The notes under the pieces are model-generated. The model saw only the letters and a list, made by a program, of their open reading frames with translations. It made no database searches and was not told the DNA's origin. The position numbers and the translations under genes are program-made. Positions 45,421 through 55,371 of a stretch of DNA of 64,000 nucleotides are shown here, piece after piece (position 1 is the first letter of the stretch; each line of letters opens with the position of its first letter). The stretch spans positions 1-64,000 of IMG/VR virus record IMGVR_UViG_3300017761_005636; one strand, written 5' to 3'. This DNA is from a virus (lineage: Duplodnaviria; Caudoviricetes).

Positions 45421-46281
45421 ATGAAGATATTATCTTATAAAATATTAAGTGAAGCCGCATTTGGTGATATTAAAACTATAGCAAAGCTAAAATTATTAAC
45501 AAAACAAGGAGGTAATCCAACTTATAGTTTAACATATTTTAAATATTTGGTTAAAATTACTTTTGGAATTTCACCAATAAATGATGATGTTAAAAATTTT
45601 ATATCGCCAACTTTTGCAGTAAATTTTGAGGGTAATAAAATGTTTTTATATCCTTGGTATAGCGAACAGGTAGCAGCATTAGAAGAAACAAATGCTAAAA
45701 AATGGGGTAGTTTAGAGTTGTATGATTTAAATGATGAAACTGCTATACAAGACATTGAAGGATATTTTTTAAACCCATCAGCCTTAGAATTTAGATTTCA
45801 TTTTGAGGTTGGTGATACCACTATATTTAATCAGGCAAATAAATTATATAGATTTGCTAATCTTGATTTTTTATCAAATTTTCAAGGTGGTCCATCAGCA
45901 GCTTTTAAAATAAAAATGACAAATACAATTATGCGTGATTTGTCAATTTCAAGGAATCAACAAAGTAATGTAAGTAATAAGTATGCTATTGATATAGAAC
46001 TTGACCCTGCAATATCAGGAGTTACTAATCCTGTTACAGGAAATTATAAAATTATATTTAATAATACAAGAAGCCCACTTGGAACTATACAAGGTTTTCC
46101 CAATGTATCATCATTTGGAAAAGTTAATAGTGGTGCTGTAAATTTTTATATTTATACACAACAACCATTTACTACAACACCTAATACAGATGTAGAATGT
46201 CATGTTGTTCATTATGACAATAATTCATGGAAAAAAACAGGCAAAATAAAATATAAAATAAACTCATTATCTCAAATCTAA
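45421..46281 (+). CDS. hypothetical protein
   Basis: 286-aa ORF between chaperone and tape measure. Confidence 0.7.
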   Translation: MKILSYKILSEAAFGDIKTIAKLKLLTKQGGNPTYSLTYFKYLVKITFGISPINDDVKNFISPTFAVNFEGNKMFLYPWYSEQVAALEETNAKKWGSLELYDLNDETAIQDIEGYFLNPSALEFRFHFEVGDTTIFNQANKLYRFANLDFLSNFQGGPSAAFKIKMTNTIMRDLSISRNQQSNVSNKYAIDIELDPAISGVTNPVTGNYKIIFNNTRSPLGTIQGFPNVSSFGKVNSGAVNFYIYTQQPFTTTPNTDVECHVVHYDNNSWKKTGKIKYKINSLSQI

Positions 46282-46292
46282 TAATTTAAAAT

Positions 46293-48815
46293 ATGGCAAT
46301 GACACCTGAAGAAATATTGAGTACATCAATACAAAATCTTAATACTGCTGAACAATTAAGTCAAGTATATGAACGTCTTAGTGGTATTTTAGAAGACCAA
46401 AATAAGTCAATAAGTAGCTATGAAAATGCACAAAAAATAATTAAAGAATATAAAAAAAATGAATTATTATTTACTACTCAAATAGAAAAAGCAGAAGCCG
46501 AAATACTTAAACTAACAGGTTCAATACTTGATACGGACATTGAAAGATTAAGATTATTAAATGAAGAAGTAAAATCATATCAAAAACAAAAAACACTATT
46601 AATACAGAATAGGGAAGCACTTGAAGAAAATAGTAATATTATAGAAGCTTATCGTACTGATTTATATGAACAAGCAAAAAGTTGGGCAAAACAAGAATTT
46701 GGAATTAGAAGTATGTCTTCATATTTAATGACAGTTGATAAACAAATAAAAGGCTTAACATTAAATTTAGGATTATCGGGAAATAGGGCTGAATCATTAA
46801 GAGAGCAAATGTATGAAGCAACAAATGCCGCACAAAGGTTTGGTGCTTCTGCTGCTGATATTGTTGAAATACAAAGTAAAGTTAATGAATTAACTGGAAG
46901 AGCAACTGTTTTTAATGAAAAACAAGTTGCAAATATGGTTTTAATTGCCAAGGGAACAGGTATGGCAAATCAAGAAGCAGGACAATTTGTTGGTAATATG
47001 TTATCACTTGGTTCATCTGTTGAAGATGCGACTAAATTAATTGAAGATACTGTAAATGAAACTGCCAAACTTGGATTAAATTCTTCAAATGTTTTAAAAG
47101 GAATAACAGCAAATATTGGCAATCTTAATAAGTATAGATTCCAAAATGGTGTTGAAGGATTAAAGAAAATGGTTCAATCATCTGAGAAATTTAAATTTTC
47201 AATTGATGGTGCTTTTGCTGCTGCTGAAAAGTTTAGAACTCTTGAAGGGTTACTTGAAGCAGGTGCTAATTTAAGGGTATTGGGTGGTGAATTTGCTAAA
47301 ATGGATGAATTTAAACTTTCATTCCTTGCAAGAAATAAACCCGAAGAGTTTGCTGTTGAAATGGCTAAACTTACAAAAGGTATGGCTAGTTTCAATAAAG
47401 AGACAGGTGTTTTTGATGTCGCTGATGTTGATATGGATAAATTTAGGTCTGTTGCAGAATTAACAGGTCAAGAAGTTGGTAAGTTGGTAGAGTCAACAAA
47501 AGAAATGGCTAAAATTGACCTTGCAAAAAGTCAAATATTTGTTGGTGATGATGCTGATAGAGAAATGATAGCAAAGTTGGCTTCCTTTGGTAAAGGTTCA
47601 ACAATAGGTACAATTGAAATAGGTGATAAGAATGTAAGAATAGACCAACTAACAAGTGACCAATTAGAAATATTGAGACAAACACAAAAAACATTAAAAC
47701 AAAGGGCAGAAGATTCTCAAACATTTGGTGAAACATTTGAAAATACAATTATGCAGTTGAAGTCTACATTGTTACCAATATTAGATGCTATAAATTATGT
47801 TTTAAAAGGTTTTAATAAAATTATAGATGTTTTCAGAAATGAAACTACAGGAAAAATGAATAAGATTGGACTTGTTATACCTGCCGCAATTTTATTATTA
47901 TCAACTGGTATTGTAGGTATTTTAACAAAAATGGTACTTAGAATACCTTCTCTTTTAAGTAATGTTTTATCAAAAATTCCTGTTTTGGGTAATTTATTTG
48001 GGAAAGGAACAGGGCCAGTAGCAGCTACTACCCCTTTAAGTGGTGGACAGGCTTTGGGTTCAGGTTTGGGTGGTGCTGCAAAAATGGCTGCAATAGGTGT
48101 TGCGGCAGTTGGTATTGGTTTTGGTTTTAAAATGGCTGCTGAAGGTGCTGCCTCACTTTCTGATTCAATAAGTAAATTAACAGGACCGCAATTAACTGCA
48201 TTAACAGATTCACTAAAAACTCTTGGTTTTTTATTAGGGGGAACTCTTGTAGTGGGTGTTTTAGCATTGGGTGCTGCAACTACTGCAACTTCCTATGGAT
48301 TACTTGCTTTTGGTGCTGCTGCATTGATGGTGGGCGCAGGTATTGGATTGGCAGCTATGGGTATTGGTGAAATGGCTAAAGGTTTTTCAACACTTGGTAA
48401 TGTTGATTTAACTAAGGTTGGTTTGGGAATGATGGGTATTGCAGGTGCGGCTTTAATGTTGGCTAATCCTATAGCGATGCTTGGTTTGGCTTCTATTGGG
48501 GTTGCTTTAGCAGGGATAAGCGCACTTAATTTTGATAATGTCATGCCATTGCAAAATTTAAAATTTATTGATGCCGATATAAAAAATATGAAAATGATGG
48601 TCGATTTATTGAATAAGATAAATTCCATTGATACAAGTAAACTTGATGCTCTTGGTAAACTATTTTCAGAGGGTACTATGAAAGTGGAACTAGTTGGTTC
48701 TCCGACAATTAACAATATGATTACTGTTGATGTTGATGGGGAGAAGTTCTATAAGAAGGTAAAACAAATGATACCAATTCAGATTAAAAAAGGTGTTCAA
48801 CCGCAGGGTGGGTAA
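46293..48815 (+). CDS. tail tape measure protein
   Basis: Long helical Ala/Gln/Glu-rich region, Gly/Ala hydrophobic repeats in the C-half; position after the chaperone. Confidence 0.85.
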   Translation: MAMTPEEILSTSIQNLNTAEQLSQVYERLSGILEDQNKSISSYENAQKIIKEYKKNELLFTTQIEKAEAEILKLTGSILDTDIERLRLLNEEVKSYQKQKTLLIQNREALEENSNIIEAYRTDLYEQAKSWAKQEFGIRSMSSYLMTVDKQIKGLTLNLGLSGNRAESLREQMYEATNAAQRFGASAADIVEIQSKVNELTGRATVFNEKQVANMVLIAKGTGMANQEAGQFVGNMLSLGSSVEDATKLIEDTVNETAKLGLNSSNVLKGITANIGNLNKYRFQNGVEGLKKMVQSSEKFKFSIDGAFAAAEKFRTLEGLLEAGANLRVLGGEFAKMDEFKLSFLARNKPEEFAVEMAKLTKGMASFNKETGVFDVADVDMDKFRSVAELTGQEVGKLVESTKEMAKIDLAKSQIFVGDDADREMIAKLASFGKGSTIGTIEIGDKNVRIDQLTSDQLEILRQTQKTLKQRAEDSQTFGETFENTIMQLKSTLLPILDAINYVLKGFNKIIDVFRNETTGKMNKIGLVIPAAILLLSTGIVGILTKMVLRIPSLLSNVLSKIPVLGNLFGKGTGPVAATTPLSGGQALGSGLGGAAKMAAIGVAAVGIGFGFKMAAEGAASLSDSISKLTGPQLTALTDSLKTLGFLLGGTLVVGVLALGAATTATSYGLLAFGAAALMVGAGIGLAAMGIGEMAKGFSTLGNVDLTKVGLGMMGIAGAALMLANPIAMLGLASIGVALAGISALNFDNVMPLQNLKFIDADIKNMKMMVDLLNKINSIDTSKLDALGKLFSEGTMKVELVGSPTINNMITVDVDGEKFYKKVKQMIPIQIKKGVQPQGG

Positions 48816-48835
48816 TTATTTGTCAAAATAAAGTC

Positions 48836-48843
48836 TATATTTG
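48836..48843 (+). promoter_or_regulatory. Bacteroidota -7 element TATATTTG upstream of the HTH gene
   Basis: Exact TAnnTTTG 13 nt before TTG 48857. Confidence 0.5.
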
Positions 48844-48856
48844 GTTTCAATAGTTT

Positions 48857-49786
48857 TTGGCTTTGAATACGATTAAAATTTTTGAAAGGACACATATGCA
48901 CATTCCGTTACAGATGATGGGATGTATTATGTCTTCTTCAACATATAATTTTAACGAGTTCAAGACCTATCTAAGTTTTGCATTCAGGACTTCTGGCAAT
49001 TGTAAATTAAATAATACGATTAAGGAAAGGGTATGTAACCATCTTGATATTAGTCAAAGAACGCTTAATAAACATATAAAATCTTTAATTGAAAAGGGAT
49101 ACTTTGGATATAATTCAAAGACAAATATACTTTTTATAAATGGTTTATCAAAAATCAAAAAGTTAGTGTTTATTAATAATGATTACAATGAACGTATTTT
49201 AGGTAAGACAAGTTTTAAATTAGATATATCTGATTTTGATAAATTAAAGTTTTTAACGTTTAGTGCAATGGAACAATATATTCTTTTGCGACAATCTAAG
49301 TACAAAAATAGATTGAAACTTGAAGAATATTTAGTTGACAACAATTTAATAGAACGTTATGAGAATGGGAACGAATCAACAAAGACCAATCTAAAAAAAA
49401 TCTATCGGACAGAAAAGAAAACCAAAGGAGATTCAATGAAAAAGGAAAATCCCAACCGCTTTGGTTTAAATCTTTTTACAGATGATAGAGATTATTTAGG
49501 TGTTTCAAACTCTTTTATTTCTGATAAATTTAATAGAACTAAATCATGGGGTTCTAAGATTAAAAAGAAATCAAGTTCATTAGGACTATTAGAGTACAAT
49601 AAGAAATCAATATTTGTTGATTCTTTTCCATCTACATTTAATGTTAGGAGATATTTATCAATTAATAGTCCTGTTAAATATGGTAGATACTTTACAAGAA
49701 AAGATAATGATACAATTCTAGTATTTGAAACAGGATATGATGAAATCATTAGTAATGTTAAGTTAACTACAAGAAGAAGTAAATAA
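48857..49786 (+). CDS. basic winged-helix DNA-binding protein (Rep-initiator-like); start may be 48857, 48897 or later
   Basis: RVCNHLDISQRTLNKHIKSLIEKGYF HTH; second HTH-like VSNSFISDKFNRTKSWGSKIKKKSSSLGLLEY. Confidence 0.65.
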   Translation: MALNTIKIFERTHMHIPLQMMGCIMSSSTYNFNEFKTYLSFAFRTSGNCKLNNTIKERVCNHLDISQRTLNKHIKSLIEKGYFGYNSKTNILFINGLSKIKKLVFINNDYNERILGKTSFKLDISDFDKLKFLTFSAMEQYILLRQSKYKNRLKLEEYLVDNNLIERYENGNESTKTNLKKIYRTEKKTKGDSMKKENPNRFGLNLFTDDRDYLGVSNSFISDKFNRTKSWGSKIKKKSSSLGLLEYNKKSIFVDSFPSTFNVRRYLSINSPVKYGRYFTRKDNDTILVFETGYDEIISNVKLTTRRSK

Positions 49787-49849
49787 TGATTTTTTGGAAA
49801 ATTTGGAAACCATATATAAAAGGAAATTATTAAATACTAATATATAGAA

Positions 49850-49857
49850 ACTATTTA
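49850..49857 (+). promoter_or_regulatory. putative late promoter ACTATTTA upstream of the hub gene
   Basis: In the AT-rich gap, 62 nt before ATG 49920. Confidence 0.55.
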
Positions 49858-49919
49858 TTAGAAATATATAATACTTTATTATAAATATTATATTATCAAT
49901 ATTCTATTATCAATACTCT

Positions 49920-52900
49920 ATGGCTGATATCAATTTTAATTTAATAGACCCTAATAATGAAATACTAAAAGGAACTCCTTGGTATGATATTAATAGCACT
50001 AATCCATTATTAGCAGATGGATATAAAACTAATGGTATACCTAGATTTGAAGATATAAGGTCTTTTGTTGAGTTTTCAATGAGACCAAAGAATGCAAATT
50101 ACATTGAAATAACTAATCAAAGAATCACAAGTAATGCAGCTATTTCTGATGATAATAATATTATCTTAGGTGGATATTATAAAAGAAAAGATAGTAAAGG
50201 AAATGTTATTCAATCTTATTATTCAACAAATTATACTGATGAAATAATGGGTAGTAATGTTGAACAAAAAGAATATGAAGGTTTTGGAATTAAAAGTATT
50301 GATATAGTGTTTGATGCTAATAAAATACCTCAAGTTTCAGTTGTTTTTTATGATTTAAGAGGAAATGTATTAAATGATTTTAATAGTAAGTTTGCTAAAA
50401 TGTTTCAATTACCTTATCCAGTTTTTCAACTAAGAATTAAAGGAGGTTTTGGACCATTGATAAAGTTTAGACTTCAAAAAATTAAAGATGATATATCTGT
50501 TGATGAATCAGGTAATTTTATTATTAATAGTAAATTTATTGGTGATAAATTCGCACCATTAAGTGATGTTCCATTACAATATTTAAATACTGTTTCTTAT
50601 TTTGATGATAAAACAATTGATTTACTTGATAATCAAATTAAATCATTTCAAGATTTAATTGTATCTTCAAGAAGATTATATGAAAAAGCAAATCAAGTAC
50701 TTGAATCAGACCAAGAAAATGCAAATAAAGAAGATTTAAAAAAAATAACTGAAAAAAGAAGTACAATATTTGGTATTTATAGTAATATATCTGATATAAT
50801 AAAATTTAAATCACTCTTTACAAAAGAAACAATAAAAGAAACAATTCAAACAATAAAACCTGATGAAATTAATTCAATTATTAATTATATTGCTCAAACA
50901 ACAATATTAAAAGACAGTAACAAAATTTCATTTGTTAATCAAACCATAACTATAGATAATAATAATAATTTAGTTAATCCACCATTAACAGAAACTTCTT
51001 TTTATGTAATCAATAAAATTGTAATCAATTATATTAATACAATTAACACTAATATTAAATCAGCAGGATTTCCTTCAACCATTTCAGTTTTTCCTTTTAA
51101 AACTTTTACTCCAAGAATTGATATTGCTTTTATACCAATTTTTTTAAACCAAATAAACATTATAAATAATATTGATTTTAATGCTATAGCAACTGAACTT
51201 AAAAATATAGATAATCAAATTAAAGAATCTGCCGTTAAAGGTAATGATGAACTTAATAGAAAAATGAGGGCATTAACAAAACAAGTTTTAGGTGACACAA
51301 AATTGACCATTGGGACTGTTTTTAAATTTATGATTGATGATTATAATGCATTAATGAAATTAGTTAAAAAAGCAGGTGATGATGGAGGTGCAAATAATCT
51401 TAGATTTGGTATTGACACATATGATAAAATTGGTTTTCCAAAAGTAATAGATACAATAGATGGTGTTGGTACATTAATATACCCTGGTTCAAAACCTCAA
51501 TTTCAAGATTGGCCCGAAGTTAAATTTATTGAAGACTTTATAAAAGCATATTCAAAAGCATTAATTAATAATGAACTTACAACACTTTTAAATTCAAAGA
51601 ATGAGGATGGTTCAAGTAGATATATACCTATAAACCCAAGAGAAGTTTATCAACTAACAAGAGATAATTCACCAAGTTCTGATATATTAAATGAACCAAA
51701 AAATGTTTATTTTAATAAATCAGCAGAAGAAATATGTCAATTAATTTATGAAAGATTTTTAATTCTTACAAATATTAATGCAGTTATTACAACAAATGAT
51801 TATCAAAGTTGGAATAACGGTTCACAGTCTCAAACATTTCTTGGTTTTTTTAAAGATGTTTTTGGAAAATTAGACCTTAGTGATGACGATGTACAAAAAC
51901 AACAATTCCTATCAACAATTCAAATTGAAGCAAGAAATATTGCATATGCTGTTGCGGCTTCAGAACAAAAAGTAAAAGATTATTTTAAAAATCTTAATAC
52001 TAATTTTAATGATGATTTTTTAACAAGGAATCCGAAAGATATAATAACAAAAGGTATTATTAATCCATCTAATAATAATTTAATTAATATGGGTAAAGCA
52101 TATCTCGAAAATATTATAACATTTGGCTCTCTTGATTATAATTATATAACAGTTGCAAGTGTAAAACCTCAATTAATAAATACCGATGGTCAAGAATCAG
52201 ATGTTATAAGTATATATATGAAATCTGTTACAGAAGAATTAAAAGATTTTGACCAAGTAAAAATTACAAAAGATAATATTTTTTATTTTCCTGATTCTTT
52301 ATTATCTGAAAAGGGTAATGAAAGTGATTATGATAAAGTTTCAGGATTTGGTTCTGTATTTGGTCTTGCATATCAAAAAAGAGATAAGAAAAAAATAGAG
52401 ATAATTTATCAAAATATTGGGGATAAAGTATATGGGTGTTTTGATGTTAGTAAATTTATTAAAAACATAAAAACAACAGGTTTATATCAAGTACCAAGAG
52501 GTATTTTGGTTATATTAGGTTCAATATTAAAAACCTATTATAATACTCTTCTTAGTGAAGAAAAAATTAGACAAGAAATGTATAATCTAAATTTTGGTAA
52601 TATGAATATTATTGATGATATTGATACAATAAAAATCATTAGGAATAGTTCATTTTTTAAATATCTTTATGAAGAAGCTGAAGACTTTGAAGAAGCCTTT
52701 CCATCATATGTATCAACTTTTTTTAGAGATTCTAATAATGTTTTTGCCCCTAATCAAGGTTTTAAACTTACACTACCCCAAGGTACTATAGTTACACCAG
52801 AAGAGACTGATAAACTTATTGCTTATATGTATCAAAAAAGATATGTAAGCATTAATGACATACAAGCAACAACAATATATAATAAAAATTATAATCCAAC

Positions 52901-54464
52901 TTTAATAAATTCTAAATATCCTGATAGTGGATTATATGTAAAATATTTAAAAAATCTTTTACAAAAATTATCACCATTAATTGCAGATGATGAAAAGAAA
53001 TTAAATGATAAGATAGATAAATATAAATCAATGATTTATGATAATGATATTAAATTAGCTGCTTACAAATCTTTTCAAGTAATTTATGAAAATTATCTTC
53101 ATGGTGTATCTGAAAATGAATTCACTTTAAAAGTAAATTCCAATCAAGAAGATAGTTCATTTATTTTTGTTGATAGAGCATATAATGATATATCCGACCT
53201 TTGTATATTAGATATTAAAACATTAATAGATGAAACCGAAGATAGTAATGCTAATTTACTAACCGCTATTAGTAGAGTATTGAGTGATAATAACTTTTGG
53301 TTTTATCCTTTTCAAGGATTTTTAACAACAACAAAAAATTATGATGAGTTATTTAAAATAAATTATGATAAGGAAACAGAAGTAAGACCATTATTTGTTG
53401 CAATGTATGTTGGTGGATTATCAAGTAATCCAAATGCGAATGTAAACTCAACCTTAGAAAATGATGGTATTATGAAAAATAATATACCATCTGATTTTAA
53501 AAAGAAAACTGGTTCATTGAATGCGTTTTTAGTTAAATATACAGGTACACAAAATCAAATGGTTTTTTCAAATTTTGAGCATTCCACAGAATCTTTAAAA
53601 AATACCGATGAAGGTTTAAGAATTCAATCTGATATTATTAAAAATGGAAGTAATTCATTTTCAATACCAAAAGGACAATCACTATTAACTGTTTATCAAA
53701 AACAAAGTTATTCATCTACAATTAAAATTCCATTCGGTAATATGGGTATTCAACCTACACAATATTATTATGAAGATTTTATACCAATATTTGAAGGTTT
53801 ATATATTATTTATAATGTAACACATTCTATTGACGCTGATAATCAAAGACTTGAAACCACATTTAAAGGATATAGACTTAAAAAAGATGTTAATCCTATT
53901 GTAACACAAGAGTTAGTTGAATTTGGTAAAAATAATGCATATTTAGATGCTCTTGGACAAATTGGCTTCGTTTCTAATAAAACAAATCTAACATCACAAG
54001 AAATAGAAATTATTCAAAGAGATACACCTAAAACAGTTAGTGGATATAAAGTTACAAGTGGATTTTTAAGAAACAAAGATGGTAGTTTGCATGGTGGTAT
54101 TGATGTTGGAACACCTACTGGTACATCTATTACATTTACAAACCCTGATACTACATTTGTTACTACTGAGTTTGATGAAGGTGGTTATGGTAATTATATT
54201 GTTTTAAGGTCTAAGAAAAATAAAGTTGATTTTATATTTGCTCATTTAAAAGAATTTAGTGTAGAATTACAAAAATTAAAAATAGGAGACCCAGTTCCTA
54301 TCACAATGATAATAGGTAAAACAGGTAAAACAGGTGGACCAAGAACAATAGGAGCAAGTTATTTTGGACCTCATTTGCATTTTGAAGTTAGAGAAATGCC
54401 TTGGGAAACTAATAAAAAAGTTTCTTATATCCCATATACTAAAAATTTAGTTTTGGGTAAATAA
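49920..54464 (+). CDS. baseplate hub protein (gp27-like) fused to C-terminal M23 peptidase
   Basis: GFGIKSIDI...PQVSV.FYDLRG; GNMGIQPT.Y...IP.F.GLY.I..VTHSI; M23 motifs HGGID, GGYGNYI, AHL, G.TG...GPHLHFE. Confidence 0.8.
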   Translation: MADINFNLIDPNNEILKGTPWYDINSTNPLLADGYKTNGIPRFEDIRSFVEFSMRPKNANYIEITNQRITSNAAISDDNNIILGGYYKRKDSKGNVIQSYYSTNYTDEIMGSNVEQKEYEGFGIKSIDIVFDANKIPQVSVVFYDLRGNVLNDFNSKFAKMFQLPYPVFQLRIKGGFGPLIKFRLQKIKDDISVDESGNFIINSKFIGDKFAPLSDVPLQYLNTVSYFDDKTIDLLDNQIKSFQDLIVSSRRLYEKANQVLESDQENANKEDLKKITEKRSTIFGIYSNISDIIKFKSLFTKETIKETIQTIKPDEINSIINYIAQTTILKDSNKISFVNQTITIDNNNNLVNPPLTETSFYVINKIVINYINTINTNIKSAGFPSTISVFPFKTFTPRIDIAFIPIFLNQINIINNIDFNAIATELKNIDNQIKESAVKGNDELNRKMRALTKQVLGDTKLTIGTVFKFMIDDYNALMKLVKKAGDDGGANNLRFGIDTYDKIGFPKVIDTIDGVGTLIYPGSKPQFQDWPEVKFIEDFIKAYSKALINNELTTLLNSKNEDGSSRYIPINPREVYQLTRDNSPSSDILNEPKNVYFNKSAEEICQLIYERFLILTNINAVITTNDYQSWNNGSQSQTFLGFFKDVFGKLDLSDDDVQKQQFLSTIQIEARNIAYAVAASEQKVKDYFKNLNTNFNDDFLTRNPKDIITKGIINPSNNNLINMGKAYLENIITFGSLDYNYITVASVKPQLINTDGQESDVISIYMKSVTEELKDFDQVKITKDNIFYFPDSLLSEKGNESDYDKVSGFGSVFGLAYQKRDKKKIEIIYQNIGDKVYGCFDVSKFIKNIKTTGLYQVPRGILVILGSILKTYYNTLLSEEKIRQEMYNLNFGNMNIIDDIDTIKIIRNSSFFKYLYEEAEDFEEAFPSYVSTFFRDSNNVFAPNQGFKLTLPQGTIVTPEETDKLIAYMYQKRYVSINDIQATTIYNKNYNPTLINSKYPDSGLYVKYLKNLLQKLSPLIADDEKKLNDKIDKYKSMIYDNDIKLAAYKSFQVIYENYLHGVSENEFTLKVNSNQEDSSFIFVDRAYNDISDLCILDIKTLIDETEDSNANLLTAISRVLSDNNFWFYPFQGFLTTTKNYDELFKINYDKETEVRPLFVAMYVGGLSSNPNANVNSTLENDGIMKNNIPSDFKKKTGSLNAFLVKYTGTQNQMVFSNFEHSTESLKNTDEGLRIQSDIIKNGSNSFSIPKGQSLLTVYQKQSYSSTIKIPFGNMGIQPTQYYYEDFIPIFEGLYIIYNVTHSIDADNQRLETTFKGYRLKKDVNPIVTQELVEFGKNNAYLDALGQIGFVSNKTNLTSQEIEIIQRDTPKTVSGYKVTSGFLRNKDGSLHGGIDVGTPTGTSITFTNPDTTFVTTEFDEGGYGNYIVLRSKKNKVDFIFAHLKEFSVELQKLKIGDPVPITMIIGKTGKTGGPRTIGASYFGPHLHFEVREMPWETNKKVSYIPYTKNLVLGK

Positions 54465-54467
54465 AAC

Positions 54468-54499
54468 TACGGCAAATGTAAAAACTTGCCGTATATTTG
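54468..54499. promoter_or_regulatory. hairpin overlapping two opposed Bacteroidota -7 elements
   Basis: tacggcaa-N10-ttgccgta; TATATTTG (+, 54492-54499) and TACATTTG (-, 54480-54473). Confidence 0.55.
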
Positions 54500-54506
54500 T
54501 GCAATT

Positions 54507-55145
54507 ATGAAATTAGCCTATCTGTACGGAATTGAACCAACAAATCCGTATCTGTCCACTTATTCTCATTATCCCTTGACAAAGAAATTTTCATTTGTTG
54601 ATGAGATTTTAGATGACAAACCCCTGCTTATTGTGGGGATTAAAAAGGCTAGAGAACTTTATCCAAATCAGATTGACTTAGATAAGAACCACATTGAAAA
54701 AAATATTTATTGGTGTTATTCACCTGAAGAATATCTTTCAGAATTCTTAAAAAAATATGAAGAATTTATTTTAAATATACATAATTCATATTTAGATTTT
54801 TTAGATTTTGAAATTATTGATTTGTTTTTTAAGAATATCAATGAAGATGGAAAATTAATTGATTTTTTGAATGATTCTAATATTGATAATTATTATCAAT
54901 TAAATAAGATGCTTTATTGTTATTCAAAATCAAATAATAAAATTTATATAATAAATATTAATGAGTTTGTTTGGTTTGACAAATTAAAAATTAACTTTTT
55001 ATATGATTTTTTAAGTGATAAACAATACCATAATGATTCAGAATTAAAAATTAGTAATTATTTTACTAATTTATTTCATAATCAAGATACTTTCTTTGTT
55101 GAGAAAACAATTCCGTATTTTATTTTTATAAATCTATCTAAATAG
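54507..55145 (+). CDS. hypothetical protein
   Basis: ATG 54507 (MKLAYLYG) lies just downstream of the -7 element, preferred to TTG 54486. Confidence 0.7.
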   Translation: MKLAYLYGIEPTNPYLSTYSHYPLTKKFSFVDEILDDKPLLIVGIKKARELYPNQIDLDKNHIEKNIYWCYSPEEYLSEFLKKYEEFILNIHNSYLDFLDFEIIDLFFKNINEDGKLIDFLNDSNIDNYYQLNKMLYCYSKSNNKIYIININEFVWFDKLKINFLYDFLSDKQYHNDSELKISNYFTNLFHNQDTFFVEKTIPYFIFINLSK

Positions 55146-55168
55146 ATACTAATTATAAGAAAAGAAAT

Positions 55169-55369
55169 ATGGAAAATATAGATTTAAACAAAAAACTTTC
55201 TGATATTATTTCTTCAAAAGACAATAATGAATTGGTGGATACCAATGAAGAACAACAAGTAACTATAAAAGTGATTGATGGTTTATTTGAACATGCAGAA
55301 GTTATTAATAAGAAATTTGTAACAACTGATGGCAGACAACTATTAAAAGAAGTAAGATTTGAACAGTAA
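55169..55369 (+). CDS. small hypothetical protein
   Basis: 66 aa; AGATACTAATTA at 55144-55155 upstream. Confidence 0.6.
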   Translation: MENIDLNKKLSDIISSKDNNELVDTNEEQQVTIKVIDGLFEHAEVINKKFVTTDGRQLLKEVRFEQ

Positions 55370-55371
55370 TT

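Noticed and set aside
21313-49887. T4-type TATAAATA as the late promoter (copies at 21313 and 49880)
   Set aside because: Only sporadic on the sense strand; capsid, sheath and neck genes carry CTATTTA on the sense strand instead.
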